Shown one piece after another: positions 1 to 11,939 of a stretch of 64,000 bases of DNA. The DNA lies in NCBI GenBank assembly GCA_030390025.1, contig CM059432.1:146446001-146510000 (forward strand), written 5' to 3'. Every line of letters begins with the position of its first letter. Position 1 is the stretch's first letter. The stretch is from Squalus acanthias (Eukaryota). The position numbers were made by a program, and so were the translations under genes. The notes beneath the pieces are model-generated. The model ran no database searches, was not told the DNA's origin, and saw nothing but the letters and a program-made list of their open reading frames with translations.

Positions 1-520
1 CTCCTCGGGGCTACACTGCTGGCATTGACCACAATGGCTATCTGCTCCCATTGCCTTTTCTGAATTTGCCTTGAGGGCCTTCTGGCCCCCTGTGGAAACA
101 GGAGCAGTCTTCTCCTGCCCCCCTCCTGCACCAAGGCCTCCAGTGCTGCATCTGAGAAACTTGGAGCATGTTCTTTCCCCTGTTGTGTACATTAGTACTT
201 CTTCCTCCTGCTCAGACTCTGTTCCCCAGCCAGTTGAATTACCTGCTGCAGCCAGTATGCACCTCCCCTTTAAGAGGTGCAGGCTGGCTTTAAGAAGTGC
301 AGGCTAGCTTTAATTTGTGCTAGCCTCGCACGAACTTGGGCCCCCTGCTGATCGTGCACCCACTCAGCATGCATTCAGCACTGGGCTGCACGCCACAATC
401 ATTATAATTAACAGGTAGCACCAAGTTTGCATGCTGCCTGCATTAATTTGAATGGGCGAGGGTTGATCCCGTATCATGATCCCCCGCATCCATTTTCGTG
501 GGCAATCGAATTTTTAGCCC
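1..520. mobile_element. Right end of a PIF/Harbinger-type element
   Basis: Ends in AATTTTTAGCCC, matching the reverse complement of the GGGCTAGAAATT-type TIR found throughout the window. Confidence 0.45.
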
Positions 521-559
521 ATGGTTACCAAAGCTCTCCACTATTGGGGTTATTTTAAA

Positions 560-1425
560 TTTTTTTATTTATTCATTCACAGGAGGTAGGCATCGCTGGC
601 AAGGTCAGCATTTATTGCCCATCCCTAATTTCCTTGAAAAGGTGATGGTGAGCCGCCTTCTTGAACAGCTGTAGTCCATGTTGTGAAGGTACTCCCACAG
701 TGCTGTTAGGGAGGGAGTTCCTGGATTTTGACCCAGCAACGCTGAAGGAACAGCGATATACTTCCAAGTCAGGATGGTGTGTGACTTGGAGAGGAACTTG
801 GAGATTGTAGTATTCCCATGCACCTGATGCCCTTGTTCTTCTAGGTTGTAGAAGCCGCAGATTTGGGAGGTGCTGTCGAAGAAGGCTTGGCGAGTTGCTG
901 CAGTGCATCTTGTAGATGGTACACACTGCAGCCATGGTACACCAGTGGTGGAGGGAGTGAATGTTTAAGGTGGTGGATGGGGTGCCGATCAAACGGGTTG
1001 CTTTGTCTTGGAAGGTGTCGAGCTTCTTGAGTGTTGTTGGAGCTGCACTCATCCAGGCAAGTGGAGAGTATTCCATCACACTCCTTACTTGTACCTTGTA
1101 GATGGTGGAAAGGCTTTGGGGAGGCAGGAGGTGAGACACTCAGTACAAAATACCCAGCCTCTGACCTGCTCTTGTTGCCACAGTATTTATATGGCTGGTT
1201 CAGTTAAGTTTCTGGTCAATAGTGACTCCCAGGATGTTGATGGTGGGGGGTTCTACGATGGTAGGGCCATTGAGTGTCAAGGGGCGGTGCTTAGACTCTT
1301 TCTTGTTGGAGATAGTCATTGCCTGGTACTTGTGTGGTGCGAATGTTACCTGCCACTTATCAGCCCAAGCCTGGATGTTGTCCAGGTCTTGTTGCATGCG
1401 GGTATGGACTGCTTCATTATCTGAG
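560..1425 (-). mobile_element. 3' fragment of a CR1/L2-group LINE (family B), RT C-terminus and A-rich tail
   Basis: ORFs 1200-1436 (MQQDLDNIQAWADKWQVTF) and 612-1139 (YKVQVRSVMEYSPLAW); same family at 14094, 21520 and 53100. Confidence 0.85.
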
Positions 1426-1429
1426 GTTA

Positions 1430-2970
1430 TCCTCATGTCATTCCTGGGGCTGTTTTAGCTCCCATGTTAGCTGATATAGTAAACGGTTCCTTCTCCTCTG
1501 ATACTGACCCACTCCCCTTCAATTCTGCCATCATCACCCGCTTCCTCAAAAAACTCACCATTGACCTCCGTGTCATAGAAAACTATTGCCCCATCTCCAC
1601 CCTTCCTTTCCTCTCCAAAGGCCTTTAATGTATTGTCGCCTCCCAAATCCGTGCCAATCTTTCCCACAACTCCATGTTTGAACCTCTCCAATCAGGTTTC
1701 CGCCCCTGCCACAGCACTGAAGCAGCCCTAATCAAACTCACAAATGACATCCTGTGAAACTGTGACCGTGGTGCACTATTCCTCCTCATCCTTCTTGACC
1801 CGTCTACAGCTTTTTGCACCATCCTCCTCCAACGCCTCTCCTCCAGTGTCCAGCTGGGTGGGACTACACTCGCCAGGTTCCATTCTTATCGATCCAGTCG
1901 TAGCCAGAGAATCACCTGCAATGGCTTATCTTCCCGCTCCCGCATCGTTACCTCTGGTGTCCCCCAAGGACCTATCCTCGGCCCCCTCCTATTTCTCATC
2001 TACATGTTGCTCCTCAGCGACATCATCTGAAAACACAGTGCCAGGTTCCACATGTATGCTGACGACAACCAGCACTGCATCACCATGACCTCTTTCGACT
2101 CCATCACTGCATTGTATTGTCAGACTGTTTGTCCCACATCAGTACTGCATGAGCAGAGGTTTCCTCCAATTAAACATTGAAAAGTTTGAAGTAAATGTCT
2201 TCAACCTTCACCACAAAATCCATTACCTCGCCACCGATTCCATCCCCTCTCTGGCAACTGTCTGAGACTGCAACAGATTCTTCATAACTTCGGCATCCAG
2301 TCTGACCCAAAGCTGAGCTTCCAACCCCATATCCTCTCCATTACAAAAACCGCATACTTCCACCTCTGTAATATCGTTTGTCTACAACCTTGCCTCTGAC
2401 TCAGCCCATCTGCTGCTGAAACACTCATCCATACATTTGTATCCTCCAGACTTGACTATTCTAATGCTCTACTGGCTGGCCTTCTACCTTAAACTCTCCT
2501 AAAACTTGAGCTCATCCAAAACTCTCCTGCCCATATCCTAACTTGCACTGGATCCCGTTCACCCATCACCCTTGTGCTCACTGACCTACATTGGCTGCTG
2601 GTCCACCAACACTTTGATTTTTAAAATGATCATTCTCGTGTTCAAGTCGCTTCATGACCTCGGCTCTCCTTATCTCTGGAACCTCCTCCAGTCCGACAAC
2701 CCTCCGAGAAAGCTGTGCTCCTCCAATTCTAGTGCTTGCTCTTCCTCAACTGCCTTCGCTCCACCATTGGTGGCAGTGCCTTCAGCTGTCTCGGCCCTAA
2801 GCTCTGGAAATCTCCCCCTAATCCTCTCCGCCACTCCACTTTTCTCCTACTTTCAGCGTTCCTTAAAACCTACCTCTTTGACCAAGCTTTTGGTCACCCG
2901 TCCGACGTCTCTCTCTTCTGTGGCTCAGTGTTAAAGATTTTGTCCGATTATGCTCCTGTGAAGCATCTTA
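1430..2970 (+). mobile_element. L2 LINE, 5'-truncated and decayed
   Basis: Colinear with the L2 at 62251-63725; C-terminus RSTIGGSAFSCLGPKLW...LKTYLF. Confidence 0.85.
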
Positions 2971-2978
2971 GAGTCATA

Positions 2979-3493
2979 GGCGGAGAAATTTGGTTAGTTA
3001 GCGCCTCCCGTTAGTGCCTCCGGGGGGCGATAACGGGGTGCTAACGACTTACTGCCCGGGCGCGGCAATGTTACCGCCGCCCGCGAAATTCACCTGGCGG
3101 TTTGCGGCGGCAGTAACCCCTAGCGCCACACTCTCCTGCGCCCGGAGAACGTGACGTCATCCAGCTGCGCAGCGCCCCCGACCCAAAATTCAGTTCCGCT
3201 CCCTGCAGCGTCGCCTGACAATAACACTGACAGCTGCAGGAAGCGTTGTTTGGGAGGCCGGGCACTTTGGGAGCGCTAATTAAAGGTAAGGCCGCTGGTC
3301 TTCAGTAGAAATGTGTTTCCTTCCTTTAGGGTGTATTTTGAACATTTTTAAATGGCGCGATTTAGCGCTCCACTTCCTTCCTGGAGCGCTAACACTGAAT
3401 ATACCGAAAGCTGAGAATGATTAACGTCCGGCGCTAATTTTTCCAGCATTCAAAATTTAGCACCCAAATGGAGCGATACCGAATTTCTTGCCC
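2979..3493. mobile_element. Harbinger-type MITE, family M1
   Basis: GGCGGAGAAATT...AATTTCTTGCCC termini; internal similarity to 3828-4521 and 27866-28759. Confidence 0.75.
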
Positions 3494-3524
3494 CTAGAAT
3501 AGTATATGTAGTATATTATAGTAG

Positions 3525-5380
3525 TATATGTGGTGTATTTGGATTTCCAAAAGGCATTCGATAAGATGCCACATAAAAGGTTGCTACGCAAGATAAGGGC
3601 TCATGGGGTTGGGGGTAATATATCAGCATGGATAGAGGATTGGTTAATAGACAGAAAACAGAGCGTGGGGATAAACGGATCATTTTCCAGTTGGGAGGCT
3701 GTAACTAGTGGGGTGCGGGAAGACTGCGTGCTTGGGCCTGCTTAGATGAAGGGACCGAGACCATTGTATCCAAGTTTGCTGACGATACAAAGCTAGGAGG
3801 GAAAGTAAACTGTGAGGAGGACACTGAGGGCTAGAAATTCGTCTCCTTTGCGCCTCCCGTTAGCGCCTCCGGGGGGCGATAACGGGGCACTACCGGCGTT
3901 GCAACCGGGCGTGGCGCGAGTACTGACGCCCGCGAGATTCCCGTCGAGGTTTGCGGTGGCGGTAACCCGTAGCGCCACGATCTCCTGCGCCCAGAGATCG
4001 TGACGTCATCGCGCGGCGCATCGCCCCAGCATCGCCGGGCGACAACACCGACAGCTGCGGGAGGCGTTGTCAGGGAGGCCGACCGCTTGGGGAGTGGTAT
4101 TTACAGGCGACGATGGTTTCGTGAAAAAAAAATTTCTTAATGCCTTACGTCCATTTTTCAGTGTTTTCTTCGGCCGCGATCGAACAGCCCTGCACTCTGC
4201 TAGAGTGCTTGGGGCTGATCCTGTCGGGTCGTGGCTGCCGTCGGCGATGAGGGACCTCGTTTCAATGCAGAGCTTGCAGCGATGGCCCTTCCCTTTAAGG
4301 GAGGGAAAGAGCCTCCGTTCCCTCGACATTGGGCAGCGTTGCACCGCTACCGCCCCTCTTGCCGGCTTTAGCGCTCCAAGGGCAGTGGTAGCGCTTGATT
4401 TAGCGCTCCACTTCCTTCCTGGAGCGCTAACAGCCAATTTACTGGAAGCTCACAATCATTAGCGCTTGGCGCTAATTTTTCAAGATTTCAAAAGGTAGCG
4501 CCCCAAACCGAATTTCTCCCCAAAGAGCCTGCAAAGGGATATAGACATGTTAAGTGAGTGGGCAATAAGGTGGCAGATGGAGAATAATGTGGGGAAATGT
4601 GAGGTTATTCACTTCGATAAGAAGAATAGAAAAGCAGAATATTTTTTAAATGGTGAAAAGCTATTAAATGTTGGTGTTCAGAAAGATTTAGGTGTCCTCG
4701 TACAGGAAACACAAAGTTAGCATGCAGGTACAGCAAGCAATTAGAAGGCAATTGGCATGTTGGCCTTTATTGCAAGCGGGTTGGAGTACAAGAGTAAGGA
4801 AGTCTTACTAAAATTATATAGGGCTTTGGTGGGACTGTGCACAGTCTTGGTCTCCTTATCTGAGAAAGGACATAGTTGCCTTAGAGGCGGTGCAACGAAG
4901 GTTCACTAGATTGATTCCTGGGATGAGAGGGGTTGTCCTATGAGGAGAGATTGAGTAGATTGGGCTGATACTCTCTGGGGTTTAGAAGAATGAGAGGTGA
5001 TCTCATTCATATAGGATCCTGAGGGGGATTGACAGTGTAGATGCTGAGAGGTTGTTTCTCCCTGGCAGGCGAGTCTAGAACGAGGGGGCATAGTCTCAGG
5101 ATAAGGGGTCAGCCATTAAGACTGAGATGAGGAGGAATTTCTTCACTCAGAGGGTTGTGAATCTTTGGAATTCTCTACCCCAAAGGGCTGTGGATGCTGA
5201 GTCGTTGAGTATATTCAAGGTTGAGATAGATAGATTTTTGAACTCTAGGGGGATCAAGGGATATGGGGATAGGGCAGGAAAGTGGAGTTGAGGTCAAAGA
5301 TCAGCCATGATCTTATTGAATGGCAGAGCAGGCTCGAGGGGGCGTATGGCCGACTCCTGCACTTAATTCTTATCTTATGT
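3525..5380 (+). mobile_element. CR1 LINE 3' part (RT to 3' UTR), interrupted by a MITE
   Basis: VYLDFQKAFDK motif, KFADDTK, typical CR1 3' UTR; coding sequence resumes after 4521. Confidence 0.9.
3828..4521. mobile_element. Harbinger-type MITE, family M1, nested in CR1
   Basis: GGGCTAGAAATTC...GAATTTCTCCCC; splits CR1 sequence GAGGACAC|AAAGAGCC. Confidence 0.85.
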
Positions 5381-5690
5381 GCAAAGAGGACCAATTTCTC
5401 CCGCTCTGAATGCAACACATAATAAGCAGATCTCCTGATTCTCAATTTAGCTGATATTGTAAATAGCTCCCTCTCCTTGGGTACTGCCACCCTAACTTTC
5501 AAACCACTGTCATCACCCCTCCACAAAATTCCATCTACCACCCTTCTTTTCTCACTAACTACTGTCCCATCGCCAACTTCCCTTTCCTCTCCCGATTGTT
5601 GTCACCTCCCAGATCCGTGCCCACCTCTTCTGCAAAAATACTTCAACGTTATCTATTTGTTTACCTAACTGTCCATTGGGAGCTAATTGG

Positions 5691-6298
5691 GGGTCAATTT
5701 GGACTTTTGGACACCTTGACCGGTGGAGCGTGCTGGTTGGCCACCTCTTCCGGTGGCGAAGAGTACCCCATGATTTTGAGGCCCCGGTCTCATTGAAATT
5801 TGGCAACAGGCTTCAGGGCGTGAAACAGTTGTCCCATTGCAGCTCGCGTGCAGCTTGAGGCCTTAAGATAGGGCCGAGGCACCCACCAGCAAGGTCAGTT
5901 GTTTGCGGGGGCGCAGGGAGTCCCGATTGTGGAGGGTAGAGGTCCCGATGCGACAGCAACCCAGACTATTTCTGTGGGCCATGGTGGAAAACTCCGACTT
6001 CTCTGGAGCCCCCCAAAAATAATTCGACCTTTACCTTTGGTGGACCTTTTCAGTTCCATCGCCCGTGGCACTGGTTATACAACGTGAAATGGTAATCGGG
6101 GATCTAATTACGTCATAGGATCCTGATTTCCATATCAAAAGGGGCCTATCGCCTGAAATATGTGGCCGCTTTGGACACTCAGCAGTGGGCCCCTTTCAAA
6201 ATAGAACCGGCCACATCGCCGACGTTAACGGAGCCATGAGGCTACCGACCCCATTTTGAGGCCCATTAACGACAGGAGAAGGCAGTGAAAATCGACCC
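5691..6298. mobile_element. TIR element (probable Harbinger MITE)
   Basis: GGGTCAATTTT...AAAATCGACCC imperfect TIRs, CpG-rich interior. Confidence 0.55.
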
Positions 6299-6714
6299 AC
6301 ATGTATCTTGGATGAATGCCCGTTGCAAGGTGATCTACTGTTTCAGGGGATGCTTTCTCTTTGACACTGCCTCCTATCTGTGCTGGCGCACTTTCTGGAA
6401 TCTGCTGTTCTTCCACGATTATGGAGTATGCAGTACATGCTGATCCCAGATGCCCTGGGGGGCGAGCTAGTACACTCCTAATTGTCTGGACATCTGAAGT
6501 GTTACTTGAAGATACCAATGGTCTGCTCACTAATGATCCTGGTGGCTGCATTTACCATGTTGTGTCTGCACCCAGGTTCTGCCAATGTCTGCCACAATCT
6601 TGTTGTTAGCCAGGGATGAAAAGTGTAGCTTTGGTCACACTGGAGTCATTCTTCCTCCCTATTTTCCTCTTCAGTGGTTGTGCTAAATAAGTGCATAATG
6701 GGAGCTGTCGAACC

Positions 6715-7605
6715 TATTGAACCCCTTCATAATTTTAAAGACCTCTATAAGACCACCTGTCAGACTTCTCTTTTGTAGAGAAACATCGCCAGCCTGTTCA
6801 ATCTCTCCTGATAATTATAACCTCTCAGTTCTGGTATCATCCTTGTAATTATTTTATTCACTTTCTCCTGTGCTTCTTTTTGTAATATTGAGATCAGAAC
6901 TGTGCACAGTATTCTAAGTGTGGTCTTACTTCTATATAAGTTTAACATAACTTCTCTGCTTTTGAGTTTTTATTCCTCTAGAAATGAACCCCAGTGCTTT
7001 ATTTGCATTTTTATGGCTTTGTTAACCTGTGTCGCTACTTTTACTGATTTGTGATTCTGTACCCCGAGATCCCTTTGCGCCTCTGCCCCATTTAGACTCT
7101 TATTTTCCAAGGAGTAGGTAGCCTCCTCATTCCTCCTATCAAAATGCACCACCTCACACTTGTCTATATTGAAATTAATTTTCCATTTACATGCCCATTG
7201 ACGTAAGAAAACTACTAGGCACTTGGCCTAAGCATTAAACAAAGCTTCAATCAACTGTTTTTCAACATGGAGATCTAGTTGTGTCCTTCACTAGTTCCTG
7301 TTAAAGAATGTCCTAAGCAAGCTGGGCCCATGCCCGAGTATTTATACTCGCCCTGGACAGCGCCACCAGCAGGCCGCCCAGTATTACTTCATACATGAAT
7401 GACAAGATTCATGTCACCCATTCTTCAATTTTGTTAACGTCTTGTATTTTGTCGCAGTCTTCCTCAGAAGCAACTATTCCCCCCAATTTTGTGTTGTCCA
7501 CAAATTTTGATATAGTACTTCCAATTCCCGAGTCCAAATCATTTATGTAAACGGAGAACAGCAGTGGTCCCAACACTGATCCCTGTGGGACTCCAGTTCC
7601 CACCT
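6715..7605 (-). mobile_element. CR1 LINE RT fragment
   Basis: GVPQGSVLGPLLFSVYINDL..KFVDNTKLGG (ORF 7409-7630). Confidence 0.9.
7199..7416 (-). mobile_element. Solo LTR, 218 bp
   Basis: TGAC...GTCA termini, 5-bp TSD CCCAT, TATAAATA on the minus strand; second copy at 22954. Confidence 0.8.
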
Positions 7606-8262
7606 TCCGAATTCTGTCGCACTCCCACACTGCTATTGCTTTCAGTGGTGAATATTATGGAGTTGGTCCTACTAAAAAAAAGTATCAGTCACCTCCTTCA
7701 TAGATTTGTGTGCAGTGAATTGAATGATGCCAGAGATATTCCCGGCAGTAGCCTTGAAGGAGTTTGGAACATACAAATTGAGGGCTGTGGTTACTTTATC
7801 TGCCACTCACATTGCAGGGAAGATTGCAAATGCTGTCTGGAGGTCTTGTAGACAGTGACACAACTCAGTCGCTGTCTTCTATAAACTGTAACCTCATAAG
7901 GCACCACTCACTCTTCATGACACCCAGGTAGCTGTGTCTGGGACAGTACATCTGATGGGTAGCATAATGGCGGAACCAGACCGTACAGCTTTGGCACTCC
8001 CTTCTATCGCTACCACCTGCTCCTGCTCCTGCTGATCTTCCTCAGCCAAGTCGAGTGCTAGGAGAAGCACTGAGAGCAATCCGCACTGTGTATGCGCACC
8101 GCACACTGCTGCCTGGAAGAAACTCAAAGTTAGTTGCTTCCTGTTGAAACTCCTTTATAAAGAGGCTGGCTCAGCTCCAACATATACATTATATGGGATG
8201 CAGAAATGCATTGCATGATTCACCCTGCCAAATAACTGACAATTTTACCAGTCTTAAGTAGT

Positions 8263-9082
8263 ATCAGCCTTGGCTCACTGATAGCACATCTTGACTCAAG
8301 TCTCACTCCAGAGACTTCAGTACATAACATGACCAGAGTGTCAGCCGTGGCTCAGTGGCCAGCACCCTCGCCTTTGAGTCAGAAGGTTGTGGGTTCAAGT
8401 CCCACTCCGCAGGCTTGAGCACAAAAATCTAGGCTGACACTCCAGTACAGTGCTGAGGGAGTGCTGCACTGTCGGAGTGTGCCGTCTTTCGGATGAGAAG
8501 TTAAACCGAGGCCCCGTCTGCTCTCTCAGGTGAACATAAAAGATCCCATGGTACTATTTCTAAAGAAGAGCAGGGGAGTTATACCTGGTTTCCTGGCCAA
8601 TATTTATACCTCAATCAGCATCACTAAGACCAGATTATCTGGTCACTATCACATTGCTGTTTGTGGGAGCTTGCTGTGCGCAAGTTGGCTGCTGCGTTTC
8701 CTACATTACAACAGTGACTACACTTCAAAAGTACTTTGGGATGTCCTGAGGTCATGAAAGGTGCTTTATGAATGCAAGTCTTTCTATAATCTAGACTGAC
8801 ACTTCAGGGCAGTACTGAGGGTATACTGTCGGAGGTGCCACCTTATTGGGAACGTGAGGCATTAAATATCTGCCCTCTCAGGTGGATGTGAAATATCACA
8901 TAACACTATTTGAAGAAGAGCAGGGGATCTCTCCCTGTGTCCTGACCAAAATGTATCCCTCAAACTACACGAGTAAAACAGATTAAACTGGTCTTCATTA
9001 TCTCCTTACTGTATGTGTGACTTTGCTGTGCGAGAGTTAGCAGCTGTACTTCCCTATATTACAATAATGAGTACACTTCAAA
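8263..9082 (+). mobile_element. Older DeuSINE interrupted by a younger tRNA-derived DeuSINE (8338-8784)
   Basis: A box TGGCTCAGTGG, B box GGTTCAAGTCC, Deu domain and L2-like tail; outer copy resumes at ~8785. Confidence 0.85.
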
Positions 9083-9155
9083 AGGAATACTCCAGCTGGG
9101 GTCTAGCCAGTGATTTATAAAGGTTTGGTATGACGTCCTTGCTTTTGTACTCTAT

Positions 9156-10034
9156 GGACACGATCTTACCTTTCGGTGCGAGTTGGGAGCGGGTCAGCTG
9201 AATTGCGGGTTCCGATCCCGCTCCCAACGACGTCCGACGCACAGACATGATTTTCCGTCAATTGGCCTTGTTACGCCCGCCCTGCGGGCTTGCCGGCCAA
9301 TTAAGAGAAAGCCGGTGTCAAATGACGTCAGTTGATGACGCGTCATCTGCCGGTTGTCTTAAAGGGGACACGCTGATTTTTTTTTGACAGATAATTTTTC
9401 AGTGTTTGACAGCATTGAGGTGCTGCAAACACGGCCAATCACTGTACAAAGGTGAGCCCTTGTACCCAGGCTCTCCAGAGACACTCTCCTTAGGCTAAAA
9501 CAGATGGCAGCTGCAGGTGAGGTTCCAGAAGCGATCTGTCACTGGTGAGAGAGGTTCTCCCAATGAGGTGGGACTACACAAACACTTCAAACCTTGTTAC
9601 CGACAGAAAAGTCTAAATACATTAAAAATGATATTCCCAACATTTTCTTACCTCTGAAACTCACCAGTGTACCATTGGATCCTTCACACCACTTCTGCAG
9701 CTGTCACCAATGCACAAACCTTACAGTAGACCCACAGCACGCCACACTTACCCTGGCGTGGTGTCCGGATGCCGGGAAGCCCGCAGTCGACCTGGCAAAA
9801 TTGAAAAAGAGCCTCTTAAATGCCTGTTAACTACCTGTTAACAGGCAGTTAAGTGCTTATAATCCTCTTCCCGCCGCTAGGTGTCGGGTCCCTGCGCAAA
9901 TCGGGGACCCGACACTTGGGAAGATTGTATGGAGGCGGGTTGACGGCGGATTCGGGACCCGCTGTCAATCTTTACAATTTTGCCAGCAGTCCCGCCTCCA
10001 AACCCGCCCCCTGAGCGCCGGCAAAATCCCCCCC
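9156..10034. mobile_element. Harbinger-type non-autonomous element, family M2, nested in a CR1 fragment
   Basis: Splits CR1 minus-strand sequence CTCTAT|GCCTCT; TSD TAT/CAT; sister copy at 51907-52773. Confidence 0.8.
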
Positions 10035-10946
10035 CATGCCTCTGTTTATATACCCAAGGATCCCGTATGATGGTGAATTTCCTGAGGCCTTCTCCCGCTC
10101 TGCCGCATAACTTTGGCAGAAGGCCTGAGGAAATCCAACCCCTTTCAGAAAGGTAGCGGAATATCGTTCGAATTGCTCACTCCATAGTTGGCGCTCTAAA
10201 TCTGGAGAGTTTGCACTTCTTTTGTGTTTTTGAAGCCAGCAGCCCAAGCATGAATTAAAAAACTGTGGACCTGTCCGTACAGTCGCGAGTGTGAATCTAC
10301 CCAGCAATCATGTGATTAACTAGGCCATTCTCCCTCTGTACAGTCAGCAATCTGAGCTGAATTCTCTTAAAAAAGAGCAGTTACATGCTGCAGTCATTTT
10401 ATTTGTTCAGCTTCCCTTAAGACAGCTAATGGATTAATTCACTGGGTAATTTGCAAGCTTCAGTGAGCTCGAGCAGATTTGGGTGACACAGTAATGTTAA
10501 ACTGTAACTATAATGTTAACTCTTTGCCCATTAATGTTCTGACAGCAGAGGAGAGTTTAACAAAGGTTTTCTAAAAGCCTGCTGCTGTATGCTAATATGG
10601 GCCGTGTATTCAAAGTATTGAATTTGAAGCAGTAAGCCGATCAAATCCAGTAGCCCTGATTATAACTCACGTCAGGAATCGGGTGGCTGGGTTATGAGCC
10701 GAGTAGGAAGGTCCCATGATGTCACCAGCATAAGGCCCGAAGGGATTTGTCTCTCAGGCCTCATTTTAATATGGTCGATGGGCTGTCTCCCAGCTCCGGT
10801 CTCTTCAGAAAATTGGCCCATTTTCTTCATGCCATTCCTATCGGATGGACCTCCTGAGGCCTATTTAAAGTGGAATGCACCTCTTAAATCAAAGTTGCAT
10901 TCACTGGTACCAGATTTTGCTGTTATGTTGCTGGAAGAAAGACCAT

Positions 10947-11700
10947 GGCCCAGAAATTCAGGTCGGAGGCTTCCCGCGGGTGCAAGCATAGCGGGTGCAC
11001 TTACATAGCGCGCCTGCCATTGTGCTGTGGGCCCACGTGGGATTCCGATCCTGGGCCTCCTCCAGCTGCCGGTGCGCAGCGCTCGTGTATCCCAGCGGCG
11101 CAACTAGTTCACACCGTCCCCTGGGATCACGTGGTCCATGGGGAGCCAATCGGAGCAGGGAATCTCCATTCATAGATTTGACAGGAAGACCTGTCAAATC
11201 TATGAATAGAGATCGGCCCCAAAACCTCACTAAAACTTCAAATAAATTTTTTTAAAAAATCACATTTTTAAAATAACTATTAATTACATAAATTAACTAT
11301 TTTAAACAAAAATTTAAATTTTTGAAAAAATTTATTAAAGTTTTTAACGGGGCTAATAAAAAAATTACCTTTCTTTAAAGTATTTAAAAATGATAAAACT
11401 GTGGAAAAAATGTTTACATTTTACTTAATTCACCTCTTACCTTGTTAAAAGCAGGCCTTGCACTTGCTTTTTCCCCGCGCAGCTGCTCGGGACTTACCCG
11501 CACGGAGAAACCTGTAAAAAAACCCTGAAGTTCGCTGCGTGCGCGCTGCCTCTCCCGCGCACGCGGTTGACCCGCGAACCCCTTCCTTCAAGAGACCGGA
11601 AGTTCCGGTTTCCTGTGCATGCGCGAAACCGGCACTTCCGGTGGCCCTACGGGTGAGTACACAGCACGTACTCACCCGTGGGGACCCGAATTTCTGGGCT
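10947..11700. mobile_element. Harbinger-type MITE, family M3
   Basis: GGCCCAGAAATTC...GAATTTCTGGGC; GC-rich arms, AT-rich core; close copy at 55583. Confidence 0.85.
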
Positions 11701-11703
11701 ATT

Positions 11704-11935
11704 ACAAGAAAGACTTGCATTTCTATAGCGCCTTTCACGAACACCGGACGTCTCAAAGTGCTTTACAGCCAATGAAGTACTTTTGGAGTGCAGTCACTAT
11801 TGTAATGTGGGAAATGCGGCAGCCAATTTGCACACAGCAAGCCCCCACAAACAGCAATGTTGATAATGACCAGATAATCTGTTTTTGTTATGTTGATTGA
11901 GGGATAAATATTGGCCCAGGACACCCGGGAGAACT
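11704..11935 (-). mobile_element. DeuSINE 3' half
   Basis: Reverse complement of the 8570-8784 segment. Confidence 0.85.
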
Positions 11936-11939
11936 CCAT

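Larger units (their letters stand above)
6300..8100 (-). pseudogene. PIF/Harbinger (HARBI1-like) DDE transposase relic, split by a CR1
   Basis: Manual minus-strand translation: N-part 7690-7980 CPRHSYLG..CLMRLQF..ELCH..VADKVTTALN..SFKATAGNISGI..MKEVTD; C-part 6410-6640 DQSYTFHPWLT..ATRIISEQTIGIFK*HFRC..YCILHN. Confidence 0.8.

Noticed and set aside
8338..8410. tRNA gene
   Set aside because: It is the SINE head and continues into the Deu domain and tail in several copies
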